54,403 nucleotides of DNA from a virus (lineage: Duplodnaviria; Caudoviricetes), in the IMG/VR virus record IMGVR_UViG_3300031951_000213, positions 1-54,403 of that record; one strand, given 5' to 3'. The translations under genes were made by a program, and so were the position numbers. The number at the start of each line of letters is the position of its first letter. Positions within the stretch are counted from its first letter, which is position 1. Shown in pieces: positions 26,461 to 35,842 of this stretch. Below the pieces are notes generated by a model. The model was not told where the DNA came from and made no database searches. It saw only the letters and a list, made by a program, of their open reading frames with translations.

Positions 26461-27528
26461 ATGAAACTAATCTTTGAAGCACCAATCAATTCTTTGAGTC
26501 TAGGCGTTGTTAGTCTAAACCTTCTCCGAGAATTCTACCGTAGAAAATTTGATATTGGATTATTTCCAATCGGCAAAACAGACTTGTCGGCCTTTAAACT
26601 TGAAAAAGAATTCGTTGATTGGCTTCAAAAATCCATTAACCAAAGGTGGAGCCTTCTTGATAAAGACGCTATTTGCATCAAAAACTGGCACTTGAATGAC
26701 TCAGACAGGGTTCGGACGAATAATCAATTTTTGTTGACCTACCATGAAACCTCAGCCGCAACTTTGGTAGAAGCTAGGATTGCTAAACTACAAAAGAAAA
26801 CCTTATTCTGCGGCCCATATTCAGAAGGCGTTTTTCGTGCGGCTGGTTGCAACAACGTTGGATCATTTAATCTTGGATTTTCGCCCGAATATTATGTTAC
26901 TGGTAAAAAGTATCTAGATTGCGTTCATTGGGGGCTTTGTCAGAAATTCGAGCATCGAAAATTGACGGCCAAAATTATCTCTTTATGGGTTAAGAAGTAT
27001 GGTAACAACAGAAATCATTCTTTAACTCTACTTGTAAACAACCCGTTCTTTTCGGCAGAAGATAACCAGCGATTAATTCATCAAGCATTGGGCGGAAGAT
27101 TTTTTAACGTGAACGTCCTGCCAAGACTTTCCACTCAAGCTGAGTTAAATGATTACCATAACTCGATTGACGTAGATTTGGGCGGAATCTCGCCGAGTGA
27201 GAGTTGGAATATTCCTCCATTTTTATCAACAGCTTTGGGTAAGTGGGCCGTTACAACAGAATCCGCTGGAAATCTTGGGTGGGCAAATGAGGATAATGCT
27301 ATTATGATTAAGCCGTCTGGAATGCGCCCATCACACGATGGAGTCTTTTTCCAAAACGGCGGCGAATTTAACCAAGGAGATTTTTTTGACGTTAGCGATG
27401 AAGAAATTCTAAAAGGTTTTGAACTCGCTGAAAAGAAAGCCAAAACCCCCAATCCCAACGGCCAAAACTTGCAAAAAACTCACTCATGGGGCCGAGCCGT
27501 GGATGAGATTTTGGCACAAATTTCTTGA
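26461..27528 (+). CDS. GT4-like glycosyltransferase
   Basis: INSLSLG, YHET, KFEHRK, SPSESWNIPPF (EGWxLP-like). Confidence 0.75.
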   Translation: MKLIFEAPINSLSLGVVSLNLLREFYRRKFDIGLFPIGKTDLSAFKLEKEFVDWLQKSINQRWSLLDKDAICIKNWHLNDSDRVRTNNQFLLTYHETSAATLVEARIAKLQKKTLFCGPYSEGVFRAAGCNNVGSFNLGFSPEYYVTGKKYLDCVHWGLCQKFEHRKLTAKIISLWVKKYGNNRNHSLTLLVNNPFFSAEDNQRLIHQALGGRFFNVNVLPRLSTQAELNDYHNSIDVDLGGISPSESWNIPPFLSTALGKWAVTTESAGNLGWANEDNAIMIKPSGMRPSHDGVFFQNGGEFNQGDFFDVSDEEILKGFELAEKKAKTPNPNGQNLQKTHSWGRAVDEILAQIS

Positions 27529-27552
27529 CAAGTTTTAATCTTAGCTTAAATT
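27525..27552 (+). promoter_or_regulatory. sigma70-like early promoter
   Basis: TTGACA-N16-TAAATT-N5-ATG. Confidence 0.6.
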
Positions 27553-27557
27553 AACAC

Positions 27558-28043
27558 ATGATCACAAACGACCTACTTTTCCGAGAACAGCCTCAGTGTT
27601 GCTATATTGAATTCCCAACTTGGCCACCAGAAACATCACCGTATTATTCTCCGCGAAAACCTAAAACGTGGGGAAAAGATGAATTTTACATTCCAGCCGT
27701 TCCGCCGTATCGCCCATACGAAAACGACAAGCCCCTGAATAGAACAATCGCCGATTGGCTTAAGCCCCCCACCAAGGAATACTTCTCCGAAACCAAAGAC
27801 GGCCTAAAGTTCCGCCTTGAATTGGCTGGCTTTGGCAAGGAGCATGTTTCTGTCTCTATTGAAGATGGAAAGAGTCTTAAAGTTTCCGCCAAAAACAATA
27901 TGCTGTCCTACAACAATAGTTTCTCTATTCCCAATGCCGAAAATTACAACCTTTCAAACCCAACGGCCCAAATGAATAACGGCCTATTGGAAATCTTTTT
28001 TGCGGCGAAAAAAGAAGAAGTTCGGGCGATTAAAATCTTGTAA
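27558..28043 (+). CDS. Hsp20 small heat-shock protein
   Basis: LELAGFGKEHVSVSIE...AQMNNGLLEI alpha-crystallin domain. Confidence 0.85.
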   Translation: MITNDLLFREQPQCCYIEFPTWPPETSPYYSPRKPKTWGKDEFYIPAVPPYRPYENDKPLNRTIADWLKPPTKEYFSETKDGLKFRLELAGFGKEHVSVSIEDGKSLKVSAKNNMLSYNNSFSIPNAENYNLSNPTAQMNNGLLEIFFAAKKEEVRAIKIL

Positions 28044-28044
28044 C

Positions 28045-28272
28045 ATGTCCCTAGCAACTCTAACATTTGACCTACCCGAAGAAGATAGAGAATTTTCTGA
28101 TGCCTCCAACGGCTGGAAATGGCGCATGATTGTCGGCGAAATCCTAGACAACATTCGCCAAGATGTTAAATACTCTCAAGAAACAACAGAAGAGCAGAAA
28201 AGAGTGCTCGAAAACATGAGAACCTATATTTTCGGGCGAATGAGTGAAGAAGGGTTGTTACTAGATGAGTAA
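28045..28272 (+). CDS. hypothetical phage protein
   Basis: ATLTFDLPEED...ASNGWKW pattern. Confidence 0.7.
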   Translation: MSLATLTFDLPEEDREFSDASNGWKWRMIVGEILDNIRQDVKYSQETTEEQKRVLENMRTYIFGRMSEEGLLLDE

Positions 28273-28373
28273 GAAAAAACCAAAACCTGTCCCAAAACCA
28301 ACAACCGCCCGAAAACCTTGGGAGTTGATTGATTGGCTAAAAGAAAAAGGCTGGAAACATCCAGAGGACTAAA

Positions 28374-28379
28374 GTGTAA
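28374..28379 (+). promoter_or_regulatory. GTGTAA late-type promoter motif
   Basis: 8 nt before ATG 28388. Confidence 0.6.
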
Positions 28380-28387
28380 TTCCAAGA

Positions 28388-28816
28388 ATGGAACTAGACT
28401 TTTCCGCCCAAATCCGCGCCGCAAACGAAAACAAAACGTTAAACAAGCCTTTTCGCACGCCAAATGGGCCGAAAAAGTTTTCTGTTTACGTTAAGAATGA
28501 TAAAGGTAATGTGGTGAAGGTTAATTTCGGTGATAAAAACCTTAGCATTAAAAGCGACGACCCAGAAAGGCTAAAATCATTTCGCGCCCGATTTAAATGC
28601 GACACAAATCCTGGCCCAAAATGGAAGAGTCGCTGGTGGTCGTGCTTCATGTGGCGCAAGAATAAAACGGTTACTCAAACGCTTAAAGCCTCTGTTGAGG
28701 ACATTGTTGAAGAATGGGACGGCGAAACCTTTTGGGAAGAAGCTGACCTTCTAAAAGCTAACCCGCTTCTCGCTGGCGTTGAGGAAATAACAGAAGAAGG
28801 CGAAGAGAGTTGTTAG
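28388..28816 (+). CDS. late protein (DUF6321-like) with ELDFSAQI N-terminus
   Basis: LNKPFRTPNGPKKFSVYVKN...VNFGD...SFRARFKC...RWWSC..W; acidic tail. Confidence 0.75.
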   Translation: MELDFSAQIRAANENKTLNKPFRTPNGPKKFSVYVKNDKGNVVKVNFGDKNLSIKSDDPERLKSFRARFKCDTNPGPKWKSRWWSCFMWRKNKTVTQTLKASVEDIVEEWDGETFWEEADLLKANPLLAGVEEITEEGEESC

Positions 28817-28820
28817 TATA
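28812..28820 (+). promoter_or_regulatory. GTTADTATA-class promoter (GTTAGTATA)
   Basis: 4 nt before GTG 28825. Confidence 0.6.
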
Positions 28821-28824
28821 ATTC

Positions 28825-29217
28825 GTGCCACTTTACGAATTTTTTAACGAAACTACAGGAGAATCAGTTGATGTGTTTTTTCACATGACTGACGAGAAGG
28901 TTTACAATGGCGAAGACGGAACAGAAATCGGCCAATGGCGGCGCGTTTATCATGCTCCTCTCGCAGCTATAGATACAAAACTAGACCCCCGAGACAAAAA
29001 CGCCTTCGTCCGCCGAACAGAAAAATACACTAAATTAGGAGAAATGCAGGACATTTCCCGCGAAATGTCTGAAAAGCGTGCCGCTAAAGATGGGAAAGAC
29101 CCTGTTCGTGAAAAATGGCTGGACAATTATGAAAAATCTCGCAACGGCAAAAAACACTTCGAGCGAATTCCCAAAGTTGTCGAAACGCCGCACATTAAAA
29201 TTGACATGAGCAACTAA
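28825..29217 (+). CDS. FmdB-like hypothetical protein (no Cys ligands)
   Basis: MPLYEF..ETTGE N-terminus. Confidence 0.65.
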   Translation: MPLYEFFNETTGESVDVFFHMTDEKVYNGEDGTEIGQWRRVYHAPLAAIDTKLDPRDKNAFVRRTEKYTKLGEMQDISREMSEKRAAKDGKDPVREKWLDNYEKSRNGKKHFERIPKVVETPHIKIDMSN

Positions 29218-29870
29218 GCTGTCAACTGAGAAATGAGGTTTTCTTGAACGGTCAAATATTCTGACGCCGCGATAGAATGACCAAGAGAGGTTGGGTGAAT
29301 GCCGTCTGAAAAATAAGTTAAATTATCGTGAGCGCTTGTTCCATACAGAAGTGGACTTGTAGCTGGAACAACAGCAGCCACGCCATCGCTTTCTCCCCAC
29401 GTTGCGAAAATGGCATTTTGGGGTTGAACGTAAATTAGGTCATATGACCCACCAATTTTTAAGCTCCAAATAGGACAAATAATAACTTTCCATCCAGCGG
29501 CCTGCCTTGCAAGGCAGTAGCTTCTAACTCTTGCGGCAGCAACAGCAGGATCACCGCTTGTTAAATTTGTGCCAATTCTAACCGCTAGAATATTATGCCT
29601 CTTGGGTCTTCCTCTTTTCGTGGAGTAATCTCGATTAATAAAAGCGTCTAATTCGGCGGCTTGAGATTCTAGATTAGAAATCCTCCATCCACTAAATGCC
29701 ATATTCATTAATATTCTATTTTGAGAAGGGAAATATCTTAAATTTTTTCTTGGGCCAGATGAGCCTCCAGTAATAGAAGATATTGGAACCCCATTAGCCT
29801 GATAAAACCAGCTTATTGCGGCATAGGTCGTAGAATCTCCAACGGAGCAAATAAATACGGTGTCGCTCAT
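29214..29870 (-). CDS. SGNH/GDSL esterase-like protein
   Basis: GDST, SG, GTN and DGIHP catalytic blocks. Confidence 0.82.
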   Translation of the reverse strand: MSDTVFICSVGDSTTYAAISWFYQANGVPISSITGGSSGPRKNLRYFPSQNRILMNMAFSGWRISNLESQAAELDAFINRDYSTKRGRPKRHNILAVRIGTNLTSGDPAVAAARVRSYCLARQAAGWKVIICPIWSLKIGGSYDLIYVQPQNAIFATWGESDGVAAVVPATSPLLYGTSAHDNLTYFSDGIHPTSLGHSIAASEYLTVQENLISQLTA

Positions 29871-30679
29871 TATGGGATTCCTCCTGTTATTGAGGTGATT
29901 AAGTTTTCGCAAAGGGTTTGAAAAGAAGCTCTTTGAGATGAGTTCATGCTTTTACCTATAAACATAATTCTTGTTGGGTGAGCACATCTAAATCGAATTT
30001 CACCGTTTGGAACAGATGAGGATGATTGAGACGAGGATAATATTAGCGAATTATTCCTATACAGGGCACAAGCATTAGAGGCGGTTCTTTGAGCAATAAA
30101 CAATCCGTCAGAGTTAAAAGGAGACGCCGTGGACAAATCAGATGCTCCATTAATACAAAATGAGGCATTGCCATTACTCCACTTTGGATAAAGTGAAAGT
30201 TGAGCCAAAGGGGTTTGAGGGTTTGCTATTGTTGCGGCGAAAATTTGAATAGCCGCTATTGTTGTGGGACTAGAACACCAAAATCCAGCCATAGCATCAT
30301 TCAATGTGTATTTTGGTGAAATTGCGATAGCGGGATTAAACTGCGTCGAAATATGATGTCCAGAAACGCCTCCACTCCAGCCACTATTAGCACTAAAGGT
30401 TAGTCCAGAAGTTAATTCTATCTCAATAGCAGTGTATTGAGTTCCCCAAACATTAGTTAATGAAGTTCCACCATTTACAGCGCAATTAATTGATAAAAAA
30501 TCAAAATGATCCCCTAATCCAGCGTTAACCAAACCGTCAATAAAGTCGCAGTAAGCTTTTTCTCTAGCAGAGGTGGGGTATGGAACAAGTCTGCTTAAAT
30601 ATTGAAGGGACTGAGCCGAAATGTTTCTTAGCGAAGCGCCCCCAAACCCTTTAGAAATGCCTGTTTTCAAACCCAACAT
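29870..30679 (-). CDS. virion appendage / lectin-like protein
   Basis: MLGL N-terminus, Ser/Gly-rich beta content, ConA-like C-terminal region. Confidence 0.55.
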   Translation of the reverse strand: MLGLKTGISKGFGGASLRNISAQSLQYLSRLVPYPTSAREKAYCDFIDGLVNAGLGDHFDFLSINCAVNGGTSLTNVWGTQYTAIEIELTSGLTFSANSGWSGGVSGHHISTQFNPAIAISPKYTLNDAMAGFWCSSPTTIAAIQIFAATIANPQTPLAQLSLYPKWSNGNASFCINGASDLSTASPFNSDGLFIAQRTASNACALYRNNSLILSSSQSSSSVPNGEIRFRCAHPTRIMFIGKSMNSSQRASFQTLCENLITSITGGIP

Positions 30680-30680
30680 T

Positions 30681-31550
30681 TTAAGACACTGGTATGTTAT
30701 ATATTGTTGAAAAGTGGGTTTTTAGAGCGTCTCTTTCAGAAGAAGTTAAAGAACCTCTAATTATAATAAAATCAGACATATCGCCAGCAAATTGCTCTCC
30801 ACCAGTTTCTCCCCAAGAGTAATTAGCCGCTTTGACCAAGTTATCAGTCGAGGCGAAGTTGGACGGCATGGTTGCTCCGTCAACGTCGCAATATAATCTG
30901 CCAGACACTCTGTAAAAACGAAGAATATGTTTGGCATTCGCCGAAACATTGCCTCCAAAATGATTATACCCACTAGCATTATAAAAACCAGGTTTTCCAG
31001 CACCACCCGAAGCCACCCCTGTTGATGAATAAAAGTAAATTGCTCCAGCCAAAAAGCCCACGCATCTGGTTCCTGTCGAGCTTGTTGGATAGCAGACAAC
31101 CCACAATTCAAAATCTCCAGTTCCGATAGCTGTTGGAGTCGCAGTAACAAGTGAAGTTGCAAACCTTGTATTTGAGAAACGGAGTGCGGGTTTTGAATCT
31201 ATATTGCTCGTTAAAATTACCTGTGGCTGAGAGGTTGTTGTGGATTGGGGAAGATCGGAATTTACATTTGATGCTTTTTGATCGTAAACCCTGGAACAAA
31301 ACCCACTATTGGAACCGACAAAAGAAGAAAACGATACGCTGTCAAAATATCCATTGCTTAAAGTTCCAATATTAGTTTCTACTGACCCAGCAGACTCACG
31401 CACTCTTAAACTCTCTGAAACCGCCTCAAAATGTCGTGTTAATCCATAAGATGTCCAAACCTTACTCATAATAGCGTCCAAAGGCGAGACGTATGGTTGA
31501 GTGGAAGGTTTTTCTATATTTTTACCCAACTTTAGTCCAAGCCCAAGCAT
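30681..31550 (-). CDS. virion appendage protein (LamG/ConA-like)
   Basis: MLGLGL N-terminus; LRVRES, VYDQ, QP...KPALRF, FAGDMSDFIII. Confidence 0.6.
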   Translation of the reverse strand: MLGLGLKLGKNIEKPSTQPYVSPLDAIMSKVWTSYGLTRHFEAVSESLRVRESAGSVETNIGTLSNGYFDSVSFSSFVGSNSGFCSRVYDQKASNVNSDLPQSTTTSQPQVILTSNIDSKPALRFSNTRFATSLVTATPTAIGTGDFELWVVCYPTSSTGTRCVGFLAGAIYFYSSTGVASGGAGKPGFYNASGYNHFGGNVSANAKHILRFYRVSGRLYCDVDGATMPSNFASTDNLVKAANYSWGETGGEQFAGDMSDFIIIRGSLTSSERDALKTHFSTIYNIPVS

Positions 31551-31813
31551 TATTTAAAAGCCTGCAAAGCTCCCGTGGTTAAGCGAATGGTTGTGAATTG
31601 GCCGAGAAATTCGTAATTCGTTAGTGTTTTACCAACGAGATAGGAAATCCCACTAATAGAAGAGTGCCCCGTAATGCCAGCAATAACAGCATCAGCATCA
31701 ACTGTTCGGAAGGCTACCCATCCATTAGGGTTAGAAAATACGCCCGTGCCAGTTATAAAGTCACTGCCGACCCCCAAAGATGAGGCTGTTGCTGATTGGA
31801 TGGAATATCTCAT
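31550..31813 (-). CDS. small putative virion protein
   Basis: C-terminal GQFTTIRLTTGALQAF; preceded by GTGTAA. Confidence 0.55.
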   Translation of the reverse strand: MRYSIQSATASSLGVGSDFITGTGVFSNPNGWVAFRTVDADAVIAGITGHSSISGISYLVGKTLTNYEFLGQFTTIRLTTGALQAFK

Positions 31814-31828
31814 GTTTTTGTTAGGAGA

Positions 31829-31948
31829 TTACACAAAAACGGCCCATTTAGCGGCCAAAACATACTCAACTTCTGGAATTTCGGCCTTTTGTGCGCAAGA
31901 AGAAAGAAAAAGCAAAGCGGCGAAAAGTAGGGAACGCAGGAAAATCAT
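31829..31948 (-). CDS. small lipoprotein (39 aa)
   Basis: Below the track cutoff; MIFLRSLLFAALLFLSSC|AQKAEIPEVEYVLAAKWAVFV, lipobox LSSC. Confidence 0.5.
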   Translation of the reverse strand: MIFLRSLLFAALLFLSSCAQKAEIPEVEYVLAAKWAVFV

Positions 31949-31962
31949 ACGGTTATAATAGG

Positions 31963-32388
31963 TTAAATTTTAAAAAAGTAGATAGAATTCATTTCCGCCG
32001 CTGACAATTTTACAGGCAAACCCTGCTGCGGTTCAAAAAAGATTGGGCCGTTTTCTAGGAATATTACGTTTATGGCGTGATTACCCGCATTATCACCATC
32101 TTGGCGATAATAGATTTCGCCGATTGCAATACCTTCCGCCGAACCTTTCGACTTGCGGTGGCAAATTTGCGCTAAATTGCGGAAAAAACTCGAAAAATCT
32201 TCGCAGTCCCATTTCTCATCCCAAACAGATACGCCCAATTCATCTAGTTTCTTGACGAAAAAGGGATAGAATTTTTCCATCACCCATTTGAGGCTTGGCG
32301 CGTTGTAACCACTATCGCTAATCTGACTCTTGCGAGCTTTAGCCACGAAAGGATGTTTTTGAAGGTCTTCGGGCGAAAGAGTTTTCAT
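31963..32388 (-). CDS. papain/transglutaminase-fold cysteine protease-like protein
   Basis: WDCEDFS, HAINV, FEPQ; start moved to 32388 (GTGTAA-N8-ATG). Confidence 0.7.
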   Translation of the reverse strand: MKTLSPEDLQKHPFVAKARKSQISDSGYNAPSLKWVMEKFYPFFVKKLDELGVSVWDEKWDCEDFSSFFRNLAQICHRKSKGSAEGIAIGEIYYRQDGDNAGNHAINVIFLENGPIFFEPQQGLPVKLSAAEMNSIYFFKI

Positions 32389-32396
32389 GTTATTTA

Positions 32397-32418
32397 TTAC
32401 ACTTTGTTTGTTAGTATA
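32397..32418. promoter_or_regulatory. back-to-back promoters: GTGTAA (minus) and GTTAGTATA (plus)
   Basis: TTACAC at 32397-32402 and GTTAGTATA at 32410-32418, between divergent genes. Confidence 0.6.
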
Positions 32419-32436
32419 TTTCGACCCCCAAATATT

Positions 32437-32955
32437 ATGTATCAACTTCAAATCTTCAAGCCACAAAGTTTTGCCAAGGACGGCCAATTTCAAGGAGCCG
32501 CAATGAGTCTTCAACTAGGTAACGCTCCGAAAGGGAAAGCTGTTTATCTTAGCTTAGTCCGCCAAAAAAGCTGGGATACCGCCAAGCGACTAGGCTCCTT
32601 TTATAACAATAAGGACGAAGGACAATCCGCCCGAATCAAATTCAACGAAATCGAAGTCGGCGGCTTGATTTCTGCCATTCGTCTCTACGAGAACTGGAGC
32701 GGCTTTCACTCTTTTGACGATAATAAGACTCAAATCACCTTCTCCACCTACCAAAAAAAGGCCAAAGAGGGAGAAAAAGAGGGCGCAAAAGCGTTTTCTC
32801 TCACGGTTTCTCGCAATGGGCTAAAAATTGGCTTGGGAATTGAGAGGTCTGAGGCGGAAGCAATTCGTGTGTTTTTGGAGCAAAGTTTGGTAGAAATGAT
32901 GCGTGCGTCCTATGAGCAAAGTAATTCGGCGGAATTTCGGGAGGCAAATAAGTGA
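32437..32955 (+). CDS. hypothetical protein (possible ssDNA-binding beta fold)
   Basis: Start MYQLQIFKP; QKSWD...GSF, IKFNEIEVGGLI. Confidence 0.65.
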   Translation: MYQLQIFKPQSFAKDGQFQGAAMSLQLGNAPKGKAVYLSLVRQKSWDTAKRLGSFYNNKDEGQSARIKFNEIEVGGLISAIRLYENWSGFHSFDDNKTQITFSTYQKKAKEGEKEGAKAFSLTVSRNGLKIGLGIERSEAEAIRVFLEQSLVEMMRASYEQSNSAEFREANK

Positions 32956-33626
32956 TTAACGATCCAAAATCATTTTGCTGCTGGCTTCAAGGCTATTTTG
33001 AACTAGGCGGTGAAAATTTGTCGCCCCAACAGGTTCAAATTATCAAAGACCATTTGGCGCTGGTTTTTAACAAAGTAACGCCAAATTACAACTTTGTATC
33101 AGGACTCGTCTTTAAAGATAAAGACCCAATCAATGGCATCCCGTTTGATACTGGAGTTTCAATAACCCCAAACACTAAACTATCAGAAGCTCTTTTTAAT
33201 CAATCACTAGGAGGATGCGGAATCAAAGGAGATGACGTTTATATTCCGCCAGAATTAAACAACCTTAGACCAACAGGAGAGATAAACAATCTTTTCACCT
33301 ACTCTGTGTGGAGTAACGATAAATGGGAAGCTTGTAACCAGATGCCTCTCATGACGGGAATGCCTGTTGATTTTTCAACAGCCCTCGAAGATTATAAAAA
33401 CGGCAACCTATCAAAACACGGAACAGTCGGATACGTTTCTGGACCAAACGGCGGAATGATTTCTACCAGCGAATTTAAAAACTTCGTGGAGAATACAAAT
33501 AGCGGCCAAAGTGTTCCTGAAACATATCCGTTTGTAGCGTTTAATAAACCAGTAGATTTTCCAATTTTTAAAAGCAATTGGACACCATCATTTGACCCCA
33601 ATGGGCCAAAATTTCTATCCTGCTAA
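32952..33626 (+). CDS. hypothetical phage protein
   Basis: N-terminal FCCWLQGYFEL...IIKDHLALVF domain. Confidence 0.7.
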   Translation: MINDPKSFCCWLQGYFELGGENLSPQQVQIIKDHLALVFNKVTPNYNFVSGLVFKDKDPINGIPFDTGVSITPNTKLSEALFNQSLGGCGIKGDDVYIPPELNNLRPTGEINNLFTYSVWSNDKWEACNQMPLMTGMPVDFSTALEDYKNGNLSKHGTVGYVSGPNGGMISTSEFKNFVENTNSGQSVPETYPFVAFNKPVDFPIFKSNWTPSFDPNGPKFLSC

Positions 33627-33628
33627 CA

Positions 33629-33826
33629 ATGGAATACAAACTTTTCACCTTTTGGCTAGATGGATTCTTAAAAGGCGTTGGCAGTCGAGCTTTGGCCGAA
33701 AATGAAGTTAAACTCATTCGCGGCGAGTTGGAGAAGGCGATAAAGCCAGTGATTTTCTCTATTAATCAGTATGGCGAAAATGGCCAAATCTCAAAACCAC
33801 AAAAGATAAGACCAGCGTATTGTTAA
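33629..33826 (+). CDS. hypothetical protein, paralog of the upstream N-terminal domain
   Basis: FTFWLDGFL...VKLIRGEL. Confidence 0.6.
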   Translation: MEYKLFTFWLDGFLKGVGSRALAENEVKLIRGELEKAIKPVIFSINQYGENGQISKPQKIRPAYC

Positions 33827-33830
33827 TATA
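33822..33830 (+). promoter_or_regulatory. GTTADTATA-class promoter (GTTAATATA)
   Basis: 4 nt before ATG 33835. Confidence 0.6.
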
Positions 33831-33834
33831 GTGG

Positions 33835-35760
33835 ATGCGTAAAAAAACAATCGCTTTCCACTCCAACAGTAGCAAACTTTTTACGGGATTTGGCCGCGTA
33901 ACAAGAACCCTTCTTCGTTATCTTTTTAAAACGGGCAAATACGAGTTAATCGAGTGCGCAAACGGGCTTCCTTTTGAAGACGCCAATACAAAAAGAATGC
34001 CGTGGATTTGTCATGGCACTTTGCCATCTCTAGAAGAACAGGCGAAAATCTCATCTATTCCAGACCACGGCCAAAGAGAACACCAATCTAGAGCGGCTAG
34101 TTATGGCTATCATGGAATTGACGCAATTATAAATAAGTATAAACCTGATATTTGGGTCGGAGCAGAGGACGTATGGGCCTTTCCAGAGTTTGAAAAGAAG
34201 GATTGGTTCAACAAATTAAACCCTATTCTTTGGACAACACTTGATAGCCTCCCCACAATTCAAAGCGCAATTGATTTAGCGCCCGTTTTCAAGAACTATT
34301 ACGTTTGGGCTTCGTTTGCAGAAGAAGACTTTAAACGCATAGGGTATAATCATGTAAAAACTCTTCATGGATGCATTGATCCAGAACCATTCTTTAACAT
34401 TGGGGCGGAAAAGAAAAAAGAATTGCGAAATAAATTTGGAATTAGCAACGAATCTGTTATTATCGGCCTTACAAGTAGAAATCAGTTGCGCAAGGGATTC
34501 CCGCATCTTATTTTCGCGCTAAAAGAGCTTCGAGAAAAGAATCCAAATACTGACTATAGGCTCCTCCTCCATACATCATTTAAAGAAGGTTTCGATATTC
34601 CAAAACTAGCGGCGGAATCTGGTATTCCCCTAGATTGCATCTATACAACGTATTTTTGTCGCCAATGCAAAGAATTTGAGGTTAAACCTTTTAGTGGACA
34701 CGATTTGGATTGCAAATTTTGCGGCGCAAAAAACACGGTTAATACCGTTGACATTCAACATGCCGTTTCAGATGAGCAATTGAATCTTGTTTATAATCTA
34801 ATGGATATTGCATGTCTGCCCCTAACATCGGGCGGACTGGAATTCTTTTGCCTTGAGAGTAAACTATGTGAGATTCCTCTTTTGGTAACAAATTATAGTT
34901 GTGCTACCGACGCTGTAAAAGAAAATAGCGGTGGATTTCCCCTAGATTGGGTTCCAGACGTTGAGATGGGAAGTAATTTTACGAAAGCCCGAACAAAGAT
35001 TTCATCCATTGTTGAAAAGGTGGAATGGCTATCTTCCCTATCGAAAGAGGAGAGAGAAAACATTGGCAAACAGGGCCGTCAATACGTTCTAGACAATTAT
35101 TCCATTGATGTAATCGGCAAAAAGTGGGAAGAAATTTTCGACTCTTTGCCAGAAAAAGATTGGGACGCTCCAGAGAATCAACAAAAACCTAAAAACCCCT
35201 CTCACATTCCGCCCAACAACCTTTCTCCCGAAGATTTCGCAATAAATCTTTTGACCGAAATGATGCATGAGCGCGTTGACCAAAACACTAGCCATGTCAA
35301 AAATTGGGCGGCCCATTTAAAGAAATCGAACGACTATCAAGGCGTTTACAAACACTTCGTAAATCTTGCTCACCAATTTAACGCTAACTTGAACAACAAG
35401 CCAGTAGATTTGGCCGAATTGTTGAATAAAGACGATGAGGGGCGCAGGGCAGCAATCGTGATTCCTGAGTCGGCAGGAGACATTGTGATAATCAACAGTT
35501 TGCTCGGCCAATTTAAAGCGCTCTATCCAGAATACAACATCTATTTTGTGACAAAACCAGAATTCTTTGAGTTGGTAGAGTCAAACCCAGCCGTTCATAA
35601 GGTCTTAGCTTGGGCACCAGTTTTTGAAAACATGTTTTTTATGATTGGCAACGGGACGCACATTGGCTATTTTGATATTGTTAAATATCCACATTGTCAA
35701 ACTCAGCGCATGTTGGCATATCAATCGACAGAACCTTACAAAACAGAATGGCTTCCCTAA
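33835..35760 (+). CDS. multidomain glycosyltransferase (GT4 + Zn ribbon + GT9-like C-terminus)
   Basis: TGFGR, SRNQLRK, CRQC...CKFC, YNLMD...TSGGLE; C-terminal ESAGDIV...ESNPAV. Confidence 0.82.
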   Translation: MRKKTIAFHSNSSKLFTGFGRVTRTLLRYLFKTGKYELIECANGLPFEDANTKRMPWICHGTLPSLEEQAKISSIPDHGQREHQSRAASYGYHGIDAIINKYKPDIWVGAEDVWAFPEFEKKDWFNKLNPILWTTLDSLPTIQSAIDLAPVFKNYYVWASFAEEDFKRIGYNHVKTLHGCIDPEPFFNIGAEKKKELRNKFGISNESVIIGLTSRNQLRKGFPHLIFALKELREKNPNTDYRLLLHTSFKEGFDIPKLAAESGIPLDCIYTTYFCRQCKEFEVKPFSGHDLDCKFCGAKNTVNTVDIQHAVSDEQLNLVYNLMDIACLPLTSGGLEFFCLESKLCEIPLLVTNYSCATDAVKENSGGFPLDWVPDVEMGSNFTKARTKISSIVEKVEWLSSLSKEERENIGKQGRQYVLDNYSIDVIGKKWEEIFDSLPEKDWDAPENQQKPKNPSHIPPNNLSPEDFAINLLTEMMHERVDQNTSHVKNWAAHLKKSNDYQGVYKHFVNLAHQFNANLNNKPVDLAELLNKDDEGRRAAIVIPESAGDIVIINSLLGQFKALYPEYNIYFVTKPEFFELVESNPAVHKVLAWAPVFENMFFMIGNGTHIGYFDIVKYPHCQTQRMLAYQSTEPYKTEWLP

Positions 35761-35808
35761 AAACGGCCAATTTCCCACTCAGGAAAACACCGCAAAACAA
35801 AAAAAAAC

Positions 35809-35837
35809 TTGACAATCTAGCTCAAATCTGTCATAGT
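35809..35837 (+). promoter_or_regulatory. sigma70-like early promoter
   Basis: TTGACA-N17-CATAGT-N5-ATG. Confidence 0.55.
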
Positions 35838-35842
35838 TAGAC

